Shown here one piece after another: positions 48,997 through 63,742 of a DNA stretch of 64,000 nucleotides. Below the pieces are notes generated by a model. That model was not told the DNA's origin, did no database searches, and saw only the letters and a list, made by a program, of their open reading frames with translations. The position numbers were made by a program, and so were the translations under genes. The stretch's first letter is position 1; every line of letters starts with the position of its first letter. Origin of the DNA: Eledone cirrhosa (lineage: Eukaryota); assembly GCA_964016885.1 (NCBI GenBank), contig OZ024745.1, forward strand, positions 119,164,001 to 119,228,000, written 5' to 3'.

Positions 48997-51434
48997 GGTC
49001 TAATTTGAGATGAAATTTGATTGATTTTTCTATAAACTCAAACTTGCTGGCTTGAGAAGTGATGCTGTGTTGTTTAACCTGAGGGCAGCCCTAAGATAAC
49101 AAGCGTACCTGTGATTAAAGGCGATTCCAGCCGTAACCGTACGTATGTTCATGTGGAATTGTGAACTTCCGATAACTTTGAAAATTATCTTCTTTATAAG
49201 GAGACGTTGTTAGATATTTAGCTTGAGAGAGCTTTGGCAGCTATTTTTAGCAGACTACAGAGAGTTCCCCCACTGGCGCATGAACTGTTTTAAATAGTGG
49301 TGAGCATTGAAAAACTGCGTCATATTGTGAACACTAGTAAACAGTATAAATACTGAAAACATGGATTAATGTTCTCTTTGGCTGCCTACTCAATGACTGA
49401 CATTGTTTTTGTCGATGTGCGGTCTAAACACATATCACATACATCATCCATCAGTATATTCCATTATTGATGAAAGATCGTCGAGTGAGAGAGCCACAGA
49501 AAACACGAAGTACTTTAATGTAAAGATAAAAAAGTCCCAGTTGTTAACAAATACTTATCAGTGCCAAATTAATCATAAAAATAAACCACAATAGTGAAAA
49601 AGTGTGACCGCCATAATTTTGGAAACTGCATCAACCTTTGATGAGAGTTCATCAGTTATTTATGCAATGAATAACACTGGGTTTTGTGGACTGTCATTGC
49701 AAAAGCCACACAAATTGAGAGTTTTAATTGCATAAAGCTGACTGGCAGAGTAATGCAACAGATTTCACTATAATTGTTTTCCATACTATAACAGCGTGGC
49801 CTTCAATCATGTGCGCATATAAATGGTTTATTCGAAATCTTCTATTGCACAGTCAATTACCTATATTTAAATTTTGCAACAACATTTCAACACGTCAGTT
49901 ATTCAAGATAGAGGGTCACTCCACCAAAATTATAGTTGTTTAGAAATTACAATTTATAATTATACAGATTTTCTTTATGCTTATAGTAATTAATGCTTTT
50001 ATAAGTGATTGTTTCCCTATGGGCTATGTTGACAAATACTTCATTTATATAATCAACGATAGCATTTGTTAGCGGATGCATTTCTCTGTAAAAGTCGGGA
50101 TCCGACGAAGCTGATAGTAATCTGTGTCGGCAAAACCTATTTCATGTGAGTATTCATAGAAGAATTCAGTGAATTGATCAAAACTCTTCTACAAACGTTC
50201 TTAAGTATTGTTTGATCTGTGAAGTGTAAAGGATACAATGGGCAGCAATAATCTTAATTTACATTTCTTTCATTCAATATAGCCATATCAACATTTATAA
50301 GCTCAATCCTGGCGTTAGAGAGTTTAATGTTTTCCCATATTTGTCGAACATTTCACTTCTATCCCCCTCTTCGAAAATGAATAGAAGAGTATATACAAGC
50401 ATATACAATATGCTTACAATATGCTTACAATAAACATATATGTGTCTCGCTATTAGTATTTTATACTGCGGTCATCTGTGATCAAGTCAGAGTTACTTCA
50501 GTAGATCTATGAGAATTCTAAAGTACTATTTCAGGATTGTCATCCTCCTTCAGTGACGTTTGCTCACTATGTTCTGAGGCGAAATAAGCTACGAATGATA
50601 TACATTTAAGGCGGTCATTGTCTTATAGTGATTGATTCACAATAGAAGCACATGCGGACAGAGTAGTGATTGTCATTATTACGTGGCTAATGAGTTGGCT
50701 GTAACATGGCGACCCTGAACACCCCCGCGTAACTAAAAGTAGACTAGGCGAAACTCTATAGATAAGAACTAAAGTGAACTGTCATGGGAACTGTGTGTAG
50801 TCTGGTATGTAGTTCGGAATTACACCTGGTGGATACCTTGGGTGTTACCCTCGTACAGATCTACAAAACAGGTGTGTCACACCATTATAACACCCTGACA
50901 TAGCTAAGGCGAAACTTTTTTTTATATTTATTAAACATATACATAGTGTATATGATTCACATACGCAGCACAATTATCATCACATACACAGACACACATA
51001 CATCAACATACACACACTTACATCTATGCATACACATTCACTTAACCACTTGCAGTCTCTTCGTATACTCTGAGAACTATTTGCAGCCACTCATTCTACC
51101 CATTCCCCTATTCTCCCTTTCGACACACACACACACGCACACTACCACATCCAGACCCCCATCCTGTACCAATACTCCCCATCCCTTTTATTTTCAATTT
51201 TACTATTTATTTTTTCCATTTTCTATTTTTAACTTTTTAAATTCCCTCCTTAACCCTCCCTTACTCCCCGTCGGAGTTTCTGTCTACCCAAATCCGAACT
51301 TCCCTAATGAAGGACTTCTGTCCGAAACGTCAAAACCACCTCCACTTCCACCAAGCGTGAACCTAATATAACTGTGTACAATTGCCTCCTGTGTTTCGTT
51401 TGTTCATTTTCAACTATATATATATATATATATA

Positions 51435-51622
51435 TAAAGAAAAGAAATCGAAAATACAGCTGGAGTCCTTTTAATAATATTTATTTGTTTCCTTTACCGG
51501 TTTCACAGTTCTTATGCTTTTCAAAAGTAGAATTGAAAAGCATAAGAACTGTGAAACCGGCAAAGGAAACAAATAAATATTCTTAAAAAGACTCCAGTTG
51601 CATTTTCGATTTCTTTTCCTTA
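51435..51622. repeat. Fold-back PLE-tail element with U3-A8 HHR (51492-51527 -)
   Basis: Arms meet at ~51528; minus strand CUU-UUGAAAA-GCA uaagaac UGU-GAAA-CCGG-UA-AAG. Confidence 0.75.
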
Positions 51623-51704
51623 TACGTTCACTCATGTAGGACATCTCGTTTTTTTTTCCATAAAAAAACCTAATTTCCTTATATATAATATATATCAGCC
51701 CTCT

Positions 51705-52600
51705 CACCTCACCCGCGCCCTCCCAACACCCGCATTCCTTTCCATCTCACCTACCACCCCATCGCTCTACCACTCCGGCTACATATCGTCCGTTCCTTCC
51801 GCACCCTCTCTTCTGATCCCGTCATTTCTCGCTTTTTTCTAAACCCACCCATTACTGCTTTTAAGCGCGCCCGCAACCTCCGCGACCTCCTGGTACGAAG
51901 TTCCTTCTCGTCCTCTCACACGACTCCACCCGGCTCTCATCCTTGTTCTCGTCCCCGCTGCAGCAGTTGTCCCTTCATTTCCGCACTCACCACTCTCACA
52001 GGCTCTAACGGGTTTTTCCGTATCCGCCATTCTTTCACCTGCACATCCACCCACTATCTATGCCATACGGTGTTCCCTTTGCGGGTCTTTATACATCGGA
52101 CAAACGGAACGCCGTATGGCGGACCATTTTGCTGAGCATTTGAGGGACATACGACTCAATTTGGATACTCCTGTCGCCCGTCATTTCTGTTCTCCTGGTC
52201 ATTCTTCCCTACATGTTTCAGTCCAGGGTGTCTCTTTACATCATAGATCACACGCCTCGAGCACCAGGACAGAACAGAGTCTGATTCCCCGCCTTGAGTC
52301 ATATTCCCCTCTTGGACTCAACTCACCTCCCCAATTTCTTTAGTACCCCGTCCATTATCACACGTGCTTGTACATTCACCCCTAGATTCCTATCGCTCTC
52401 TCATGATCATAAACATCTTCTCTTACAACTCATACACACTGACAAAATATGCACACTCCACTTTTCCTTTCACAGCTCTGTATACACACATACACACCCT
52501 TATATTAACATACTTTTGCTCATAGCTTCGTACTTACATGCACACACACTCTTTTACTTACACATACACACACATTTCTTCTTAGCTTCGTAAGGACGTA
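51705..52600 (+). mobile_element. Poseidon/Penelope-clade PLE 3' fragment (GIY-YIG)
   Basis: RIPFHLTYHP..KRARNLRDLLVRS..CSRPRCSSCPFI..FTCTS..IYAIRCSLCGSLYIGQTERRMADHFAEHLRDI..PVARHF..PLGLN. Confidence 0.88.
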
Positions 52601-52732
52601 TAATAACACACACACACACTCACACATGCTTAGCTCTTTTTACAAAACGTTTTTTTTTCCATTTCTGGTGGATCGAGTTAGTTATTTGCTGGATGCTTTC
52701 CATGGTGTTTTTCTCTAATTCCTGACTGTTCT

Positions 52733-53029
52733 CTAGTGGGGTGTTTTTACTACGATGTTTATATCACCAACGTAGCGGGAGTACATTATCAGGGTTAAGA
52801 GGTTGCTGTCTGCTAATTGTTCTTTAAGTTTAAGTTTAAGTCTATTGTCCCACCATACCATGAATATGTTAGCAATGTCACCTGCAATGCTAGCACCAAT
52901 GTCAGCTCCCGCCTCTTGGGCATATGTTTTTCCATTAAATTTGAACATATGTTCCTTAAGGGTTAATTTTATACTGGCCCCCACCGCATGTGCAATCATT
53001 TTCTTTAGTTCATCGTGGCACGAAAACAA
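52733..53029 (-). mobile_element. PLE RT fragment (Neptune-like), inverted relative to the adjacent family B tail 53035-53318
   Basis: HMFKFNGKTYAQEAGADIGASIAGDIANIFMVWWD..MYSRYVGDI (YVDD degenerate). Confidence 0.8.
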
Positions 53030-53342
53030 AAAAAAAAAGAATCCTCAGTCACTGAGGAGGTCACAGAATGTGTGACGAAAGAACTTTGACAATATATGAA
53101 CAACCGTCCGGTTGTGGAACCAACCAACCAACCGGAAATTTATAAAGTCTTAAATTTATAAATTAAATTTAATGTATGATAAATTGGAGTGAAAGCAACT
53201 GGTGCGTGTGTTTCTTATTGGCAACATGACCCCCCCCCCCAAAAAAAAAGCATAACAATATCGGTTTCAACACACGTTTTCAGATAAAGAATCTTGCTAA
53301 GCAAATTCAGAAACGAAATATATATATATATATATATATGTA

Positions 53343-53438
<96 letters not shown>

Positions 53439-53478
53439 TATATATATATATATATATATAATTATATATATATATATA

Positions 53479-53538
<60 letters not shown>

Positions 53539-53580
53539 TATATATATATATATATAATTATATATATATATATATATAAT

Positions 53581-53734
<154 letters not shown>

Positions 53735-53845
53735 TACACACATATATATATATATAAATGTAGGAGGTGAGTTTTATTGTAGTACAATAAAGCAATGCAG
53801 ATATCGGATAAGAAGCACTCTACAGTTTGTGGGACTGGAGTATGC

Positions 53846-54180
53846 ATAATATAAGATCAAAAGATGGTTAAAGGAGTTCAATATATTTTATTATGCGCAT
53901 TTCAAAAACAAACATCATCAAATAATAATATTTGTGTTTTCATCAGATAAAACAGGAGAACATGATATGAAGGCTAAAAAAACACTTGTTGATAGTGCAG
54001 TTTTAAATCAACATATCATATGTTGATTTAAAACTGCACTATCAACAAGTGTTTTTTTAGCCTTCATATCATGTTCTCCTGTTTTATCTGATGAAAACAC
54101 AAATATTATTATTTGATGATGTTTGTTTTTGAAATGCGCATAATAAAATATATTGAACTCCTTTAACCATCTTTTGATCT

Positions 54181-54187
<7 letters not shown>
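53846..54187. repeat. Perfect palindrome of the family W PLE tail, one HHR per strand
   Basis: ~170-bp arms meet at ~54016 (CAACATAT C ATATGTTG). Confidence 0.9.
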
Positions 54188-54260
<73 letters not shown>

Positions 54261-54630
54261 TATATAGCTGATGGCTGTATATAGGTAACAAACTTTCCGC
54301 CAAACGGCTGGACCAAACAGCACCAACTTTACACCATAGATGTAACTTTTTCCAAGTAAAAAAGTGGGGGTATTTTCGTCTACTGAATTTTGTTAAAAGA
54401 TTAAAGACATTATTCAAATATTCACTTCTTTAAAATTTTCAAATGTTAACACTTCCGGTTATACGACATTCCTAACACCTTCACGAACCAAAGTATCATC
54501 TTCCTGTTTTCTTTCTGTTGCAACGTTTTTCGAAATATTTACTTCTGCGTTCACAGATTGATTTTTTTAGTTTCAGAAGATCCCGTTAAGGGTGAAAGCA
54601 GCGATTGTTTGCTTAAACTTTAATCTGTTA

Positions 54631-54708
<78 letters not shown>

Positions 54709-54884
54709 CATATTCGTGTACAGATATCTTTGCATACACAAAGACAAAATATAAACAAACGTATATATTTCACGAAAGCACAGACGGCTTATCGTCATTG
54801 TTAATGCCGATATGCCACCAAAAAAGCCCTTAGTCTGGCCGGAAGATCAGATTTTCCAGAAGAAAAAAATGTTACTAGAGCAAC

Positions 54885-55077
54885 AGAGAGATTAAGCTTC
54901 GCGTTACCATCAACAAAGCTCAGGGTCAAACCCTAAAAGTGGCTGGCCTTCCTCTGGGAAAAACATGGTCAATTGTATGTAGGATGCTCTAGGGTGAGCT
55001 CGCCAAACAATCTCTTCATCTTTGCTCCCGAAGGCCGAACAAAATATAGTGAATACTCTGAGGCTCTAACGATGTAA
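54885..55077 (+). mobile_element. Helitron Pif1-like helicase C-terminal remnant
   Basis: RLSFA/TINKAQGQTLKVAGL../HGQLYVGCSRVSSPNNLFIFAP..TK..YSEAL. Confidence 0.8.
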
Positions 55078-55397
55078 TTTATGTATTTTCTGTTACTTGG
55101 AATTTTCATTATAGTTGTACATCCTATTGTAAAGTTTGTTAAAAAATGTGTTCTCTGTTCAACCTTTATTGTTGTAACTATCAATTTCCTTTAACTTACT
55201 GGCTGAGAAAAGAAACCTACAATGAAAGAACATCTTAAAGTTTACCCAAGTCAAATGTTGTCTTTATTTCTATCTGTAGAACACATTCCTGGTTGGACAC
55301 AGTTACAGTTATAATTATGCGTTGTTGTATTACCATGGATGGGTTGATGAGGTTTCTTAGTCAGGACGGGATCTTGTTTGTTGTTTTGTGATGTTAT

Positions 55398-56558
55398 AGC
55401 CAGGAATGTGTCCGTTAAACAATCAGTGTCTTGAACGCAACATCATATACAAATGTACTATCGAATCGGGTAGCCAGAAGTGGTACTACCTCCTTCAAAT
55501 CTCGCCTTTATAGACATCGTTACTCGATAAAACATGAAAACCAGCGTTATGTAACAACACTCGCAGACAAGGCTTGGCAGCTGCGCGAAAATAACCAACA
55601 ATTTAACATAAAATGGGATATAATTGCATTCCCCTTCATATGTCCAAGTACAGGAATTTTGTAAATTGTGTAATATGGAAATATTTTGTATTATGAAATC
55701 CAAAAATATTTTATTAAATAACAGAATAGAGCGATCATTATACTGTAACCATCGCTTGAAATCTACATTTTCATATTACAAACGCTACCAGGATTGAACG
55801 CCTGTCTCCATCTCCGTTTAATTGTCAAAATACATATTAACATCCTCTATTAGTCTTAATTCTATCAACTCTTCTATTCTTTATCATTTAATATAAATTG
55901 CTATAGATAAAATGAGATTTCTTAATTCAATTCCCTAATGCATATACCAGTAGGCTACCAGCATTGTTGTTATACAGTAGCAGAGAAAATCTCTCTCTTC
56001 CTTACTTGACACTTTATATCTGTATTAATACTACTACACCAAACGACCAGCCCTGTCCATTGTTCAATTGGTCAAATATAGATTAAAATAGGCAACCCCA
56101 CCAAAAAATTCTTATTTAGATAAAGTAAGCCATATACTCATTGTATTCTCAGTAAAAACCTTCTATATACTTGTTTACCAGTAAATTGAATTGCCATCTG
56201 TCATATACTATCCCTTCTCTTCTTCCTTTCTTACAACTAATATAAATACTTTGATTTTTCTGATTTTTTCCAATTTATCCAATATCTCTGAAGAAGTGAC
56301 AACTGATTATACATTTGCTATCGAATACTTGCTAACAATATATGATTACACAAGCAGCGATACATAGGTATTCCGTCTGTTACATAAACATATGTCAATA
56401 CCTAATAAATTCCTTTATAAAAGCACTTTCATTTTGTATTCATCTTTTTCTACATTTTCTCCGGAATATAATTTATACTCGTTGAGCAAACCTACACGTA
56501 CGCTGTTCATCTCTAACGTGACGATATATTATCACTACATTATTGATAACTTGAAATT

Positions 56559-56560
<2 letters not shown>
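55398..56560 (+). mobile_element. Naiad-type PLE 3' fragment (GIY-YIG + 3' UTR)
   Basis: CPLNNQCLERNIIYKCTI..SFKSRLYRH..TTLADKAWQLRE..IKWDII..CKLCNME..LLNNRIE..CNHR. Confidence 0.8.
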
Positions 56561-56617
<57 letters not shown>

Positions 56618-56621
<4 letters not shown>

Positions 56622-57390
56622 AAGTATGTATACGTACATACATATATGTATACAGACGTACATAGTATGTATATATATATACATACATGCACACATATAT
56701 ATATGTACGTATGGATTCACCGAACATTTATTATAATGCTCGGTATGTTTGTAAACAAACATCCCTAATTAAGCCGTACAGTGTTTAGCAGCCAACGGTG
56801 TTCTTTTGTTCAACACTGACAAAGGAACGATGTACTAGTTTCAAGCTTATTAGCTATCGTCAGCACCGTATACCTTCCTGCTTATATTTAAGTAACAGCC
56901 GTACTAAGAGTGAGAAATGAAATTTCGTTTCATTTTTTCCACTTATCGTTTTCGGTGCGCCCGGCCGATTAACTCACTCGATATGCAAATTAGGCTGCTC
57001 AGCCGTTAATATGCATAAGGAAAGTATATACTTTCAGACGTTCAATCATCTGGCAGGAAGGTATACGGTGCTGACGATAGCTAATAAGCTTGAAACTAGT
57101 ACATCGTTCTTTTGTCAGTGTTGAACAAAAGAGCAACGATAGTTGCTAAAGACTGTACGGCTTAATTCGGGATGTTTGTTTACAAACACACCGAGCATTA
57201 TAATAAATGTTCGGTAAATCCAGACGTACATATATATATATGTGTGCATGTATGTATATATATATATATATATATACACATACTACAGTACGTCTGTATA
57301 CATATATGTATGTACGTATACATACTTATATTTAAGTAACAGCCGTACTAAGAGTGAGAAATGAAATTTCGTTTCATTTTTTCCGTTTAT
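56618..57390. mobile_element. Inverted pair of family G HHR units (fragment also at 59985-60256)
   Basis: 56618-56881 same orientation as the 14357 array; 56882-57390 is >1 unit in the opposite orientation. Confidence 0.85.
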
Positions 57391-57414
57391 ATATATATGT
57401 ATGTACACATATAT

Positions 57415-57461
<47 letters not shown>

Positions 57462-57468
<7 letters not shown>

Positions 57469-57692
57469 AATGTACTCTGAGTTTTTTTAATATTAATAAT
57501 AACATTCGATTTGTTTGCAATTATGCAAACAAGCCTCGATGTTAAAGCCATGTCAGTAGAATGAATCCTTCATTCTAGCTCTTGTGTTCATTCTACTGAC
57601 ATGGCTTTAACATTGAGGCTTGTTTGCATAATTGCAAACAAATCGAATGATATTATTTATATTCGAAAAACTCAGATTACATTTATTGTATT
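57462..57692. repeat. TA-flanked fold-back element
   Basis: 57465-57565 is approximately the reverse complement of 57587-57690. Confidence 0.75.
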
Positions 57693-57714
57693 CAGACATG
57701 TAGAGCGAAATTTA

Positions 57715-57764
<50 letters not shown>

Positions 57765-57823
57765 TATGCATATTCATATATGTACACATACATATATATA
57801 CATATTCATATATGTACACATAC

Positions 57824-57854
<31 letters not shown>

Positions 57855-58091
57855 CATATGCATATTTATATGTACATATATATATATATGCATATATATA
57901 TACATATATATATATATGCATATATATATGTACACATATATATATATATATATATGCATATATATATATATACATAAGTATATATGTATATATATATACA
58001 TATATATACATATATATACATATACATATATATATATACATATACATATACATATATATATACATATATATATACATATACATATATACAC

Positions 58092-58135
<44 letters not shown>

Positions 58136-58137
58136 GC

Positions 58138-58175
<38 letters not shown>

Positions 58176-58199
58176 GTGTATATATATATATATATATGA

Positions 58200-58241
<42 letters not shown>

Positions 58242-58503
58242 ACATATATATACATATAGTAATAATAAATTTGAAAACTAAAATCCAAAGAGGGCTCCAT
58301 AAGGATAAATATATATCAAATATATGAGAACCGTAGAGCAAATATTTATTAAAATAACAGATTAAAGTTTAAGCAAAGAATCGCTGCTTTCACCCTTAAC
58401 GGCTACTTCTGACGATCCCGTTAAGGGTGAAAGCAGCGATTGTTTGCTTAAAATTTAATCTGTTATTTTAATAAATATATATATACATATATACATATAT
58501 ATA

Positions 58504-58542
<39 letters not shown>

Positions 58543-58722
58543 AAAGTTATATTTAAATTGTTGGGTTACAACTAGTAAATATTTATAACTGATATAAAAG
58601 CACTCAACAAGTATTTGGAGTATATTTACGATATTAAATAAATGCCAAATCAACTTTTTCAAATACAAGTCGATGTTGAACGGTATGTCAAATCTATTTA
58701 TCTATAAAACTGTCTATATTGT

Positions 58723-58786
58723 ATTTTGTCTGAGGAAGGCATAACATATTGTTAATATGATATCCCTGAAATATATATAATGAAAT
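58723..58786 (+). ncRNA. Type I HHR in a PLE tail
   Basis: AUUUUGU-CUGAGGA-AGG..CCU-GAAA-UAUAUA-UA-AUGAAAU, overlapping AATAAA. Confidence 0.65.
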
Positions 58787-58827
58787 AAATATGGTTTTAT
58801 AAATATAGTTTCCATTTATTTAATATC

Positions 58828-58912
<85 letters not shown>

Positions 58913-59551
58913 TACACATAAACATATACATATATATACATATATACATTAATATATATATATACAGTGTATATATATACAGTTGAAAATTGTAAACTTG
59001 ACTGTCACCACAGAATATGACCCTGAATATTGCGAAAGCATGAAAGTACATGTTCAATTAACACTTAACATTTAATAATCTACCATACTATATCATTATA
59101 ATATCATTATACATTTTAAAGGTTTGCAAATAAACGAGTAAATCAGACAAAGTTGGTATTCCTTTTATTAATATAATCATCTATACACAATCATACACAC
59201 CCCTGTATATTTATGTATATTTATGTATATATATATATATATACATAAATATATATATACATATACACATAAATATATCCATATACATATATATACATAT
59301 ATGTATACATATACATATATATATATATATAATACATATATACACACATATACATATATATATACATATATACATATGGATATATATATATATATATATA
59401 TGTGTGTGTATATGTATATATATGTATATATAGATATATGTATATATGTATAAATATATGTATATATATATACACATACATTTAAATACACATATATATA
59501 CATATACATATACATACATATACATATACATATACATATATATATACATGT

Positions 59552-59588
<37 letters not shown>

Positions 59589-59698
59589 GAAATATATATA
59601 TATATATATATATATATAACAAATATATAACATATATATCTATATATACATATATATATATAACGGCTTGAGCTCTGCCGTCGGGATCATACTTTTTC

Positions 59699-59767
<69 letters not shown>

Positions 59768-60255
59768 CATAAATATATACATATAAATATATATACATTT
59801 ACATATATATATACATATACATATATATATACATGTATACATACATGTACATATATATATATATATACATATATATACATATGTATACACATATATGTGT
59901 ATATGTATATATGTATATATGTATATATCTATATATATGTATATGCATATGTACATATGTACATATGTATATATGTATAATGTATATAAATGGAATAGAA
60001 TGAAACGAAATATCATTTCTTACTCTTAGTCCGGGACTTACTTAAATGTAAGTATGTATGTATGTATACATACATACATATATGTATACAGACGTACAGT
60101 AGTATGTATATATATACACACATGCACACATATATATATGCACGTATCGATTTACTGGATATGTATTATATGCTCGGTTTGTTTGTTTGTAAACAAACAA
60201 ACAAACCGAATTATGCCGTACAGTGTTTAGCCAACCACGTCACCCTTTTGTTCAC

Positions 60256-60336
<81 letters not shown>

Positions 60337-60474
60337 TATACATATATATAACGAAGGAAATGTGGTAAGGAACCAGGTGGACCATAACGCACCAAAGTAC
60401 TCAATACTTGGGGTAGTAGAGTGGGTAATATATATATATATATATAAACGTTTGAATATGAACTATAACCTCCT

Positions 60475-60555
<81 letters not shown>

Positions 60556-60606
60556 CATATATATATATATATATATACATATACATAAATATATATATAT
60601 AGATAG

Positions 60607-60668
<62 letters not shown>

Positions 60669-60850
60669 ATGGAGAGAGAGAGGGATATATATATATATAT
60701 ATATATATAGGAACCAGTAAGACCCCGACGGCTGAGCTCAAGCCGTTTCGACGGCTAATTCTGGACTAAAAAAAAAACTACTACCCCAAGTATTGAGTAC
60801 TTTGGTGCGTTATGGTCCATCTGGTTCCTTACCACATTTCCTTCGTTATA

Positions 60851-60944
<94 letters not shown>

Positions 60945-61003
60945 TATATGTATATATATATATGTGTGTGTGTGCGCGTGGAGAGAGAGAGATTGGGATA
61001 TAT

Positions 61004-61034
<31 letters not shown>

Positions 61035-61108
61035 CATACATACATGTATATATATACATATATACATATAAAGATACATGCATGACCAATATTTATTACA
61101 CACACACA

Positions 61109-61159
<51 letters not shown>

Positions 61160-61526
61160 TATATAGGTATAGGAATTAGTTTATATGTGAATATGTAGAA
61201 GGTTGTATGTAAGTGTCTCACCCTCATTCATATATGTACATCTATATATGCAACCTTGCTTATTTGTGAGTGGTGTGGGTGGGCGTGGTTGTACGTATGG
61301 AATCAGGTTTGATGTCTTTTGTCTTCGTTTAGTCACCAGCGCTTCAGTTCCGAGTTCAATTCTCTCTTAGGTCACTCTAACCTAATGCAGACTCGACTCG
61401 TAGGGTCTTGGTATTGGTGGAGTGGGCTTGGAACATAGTACACGTAATTTAGTCACAAATAAACTTCTTTATGGTATTATGCATTAAAAAAAAATAAACA
61501 ACAAATTCTCTGCTGTAATATACGTT

Positions 61527-61529
<3 letters not shown>

Positions 61530-61585
<56 letters not shown>

Positions 61586-61959
61586 CTGTGTCTGTGTGTG
61601 CATGCGTCTGTGAATGTTTGTGTGTAGTGAGACGGCCTGCTTTAGAGTATGTGTCAATGCCCTGATTACGTCTGAGTGTCTGTGTATGGTGTGTGTGTGT
61701 GTGTGTGTGTGTCTGTGTGTGCATGTGTCTGTGAATGTTTGTGTGTAGTGAGACGGCCTGCTTTAGAGTATGTGTCAATGCCCTGATTACGTCTGAGTGT
61801 CTGTGTATGGTGTGTGTGTGTGTGTGTGTGTGTGTATCTGTGTCTGTGTGTGCATGCGTCTGTGAATGTTTGTGTGTAGTGAGACGGCCTGCTTTAGAGT
61901 ATGTGTCAATGCCCCTGATTACGTCTGAGTGTGTGTGTATGGTGTGTGTGTGTGTGTGT

Positions 61960-62029
<70 letters not shown>

Positions 62030-62198
62030 TGAGACGGCCTGCTTTAGAGTTTGTGTCAATGCCCCTGATTACGTCTGAGTGTCTGTGTATGGTGTGTGTG
62101 TGTGTGTGTGTGTCTGTGTGTGTGTGTGTGTGTGTAGTGAGACGGCCTGCTTTAGAGTATGTGTCAATGCCCCTGATTACGTCTGAGTGTCTGTGTAT

Positions 62199-62230
<32 letters not shown>

Positions 62231-62315
62231 TGTGTGTGCATCTGTCTGTGAATGTTTGTGTGTAGTGAGACGGCCTGCTTTAGAGTATGTGTCAATGCCC
62301 TGATTACGTCTGTGT
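61530..62315. repeat. Minisatellite: six ~110-150 bp units with a GTAGTGAGACGGCCTGCTTTAGAG..GATTACGTCTG core separated by (GT)n
   Basis: Core at ~61624, 61745, 61876, 62026, 62134, 62262. Confidence 0.9.
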
Positions 62316-62536
62316 CAGGTCGTTATTCTATGTATGAGTGGCTGCATCCGTGTGTGCGCTTGTGTGTATGCATGCGTGTGAGTGTATATGTCTCTATATG
62401 TGTATATGTCTCTATATGTCTATGTGTCTGCATCTCTCTCTCTATATATGTTTGTGTGTATTTCAAATATTATGTGTCAGAGACCCAGTATGTGCACGAA
62501 AGTTTCTGAATCAATTGCTTGTGCGTCACTCTGCCT

Positions 62537-62574
<38 letters not shown>

Positions 62575-62591
62575 ATGTGTATGTGTGTGTC

Positions 62592-62627
<36 letters not shown>

Positions 62628-62836
62628 TGTGCATGTGTGTGCGTGTGTGTTTGTGCATGTGTGTGTGTGTGTGCATGTGTGTGTGTGTAGATGTGTGAGA
62701 GCATGTGTGCATGTATGAGTGAATGTATACGTGTCTATGCGATATGTATGTGCATGTGTGCAAATACGTTTGTGTCAATGAGTGCGAATGTGCGTCAGAG
62801 TAATGAAACGGATGCATTTCAGTATTTTTCTGTTAA

Positions 62837-62880
<44 letters not shown>

Positions 62881-63006
62881 TGTATGTGTATGTGTGTGTA
62901 TGTGTGTGTGGTGCTATGTGCTATTTTGTCAGTTCGTAAATATGTGTGTGATGGCTTAGGTGGTAGTAAATGTATGAGTGAGTCCGTGAAAATATGTTTC
63001 GGACTT

Positions 63007-63105
<99 letters not shown>

Positions 63106-63544
63106 GTGTGTGCGTGCGTGTGTGTGCGTGCGTGTGCGCGCGTGTGTGTGTGTGTGTGTGTGTGTGCGTGCGTCTGTGTGATTGTGTGTGTGTGTGTGTG
63201 TACATATATGTAGCAATGGCCATATATCTTCGTTGTTGTTTAGCCCCAGGTCCACCATGATTGAAAAGACCTATGATGCAAAGCATTTCAGCTGTGAATA
63301 CCTCATCCTTTTTTCAATGAGGATCTAGTGTATATTTTAAGAATTTAAGAAACATTTAGCTGCTATTTCTAGTTAGTCAAACAACCACATATAGGTTCCT
63401 TCGTCTCTAAGTGGTAGCCACGTAGTTTTGGTGTATTATTTCATCCTTACAGGGTCGATAAAATAAAGCGTCAGTAATGCCAAAAGTAGAAACAATTATT
63501 TTTTAGCCCCATTTAGCCCCGTTTAGCCCATTTAGCCCAATTTA

Positions 63545-63742
63545 GCGGTGGATTGGCAGTATCGGTGGAGGGTCGGACCCTATGCTTTGCAGAATAGAGT
63601 TACGGCCCTTTACTGTCTCAGTTCAAATCCCGCCAAGGTTAACTTTGCCTTTCATCTTTACTTGATCGATAAAATAAAGTACCAGTAATGCACTGGTGCA
63701 ATTGCTGATCTGGTACCAATGCCAAAAGTAGAATCAATTATT
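63545..63742 (+). mobile_element. SINE S1 (fragment also at 63438-63500)
   Basis: Match to S1. Confidence 0.88.

Noticed and set aside
56284-56375. HHR at the 3' end of the 55398 Naiad fragment
   Set aside because: CUGAAGA present but no clear GAAA/helix III
61530-62315. CRISPR-like repeat/spacer pattern
   Set aside because: Spacers are variable (GT)n, the context is eukaryotic and there are no cas genes; it is a minisatellite
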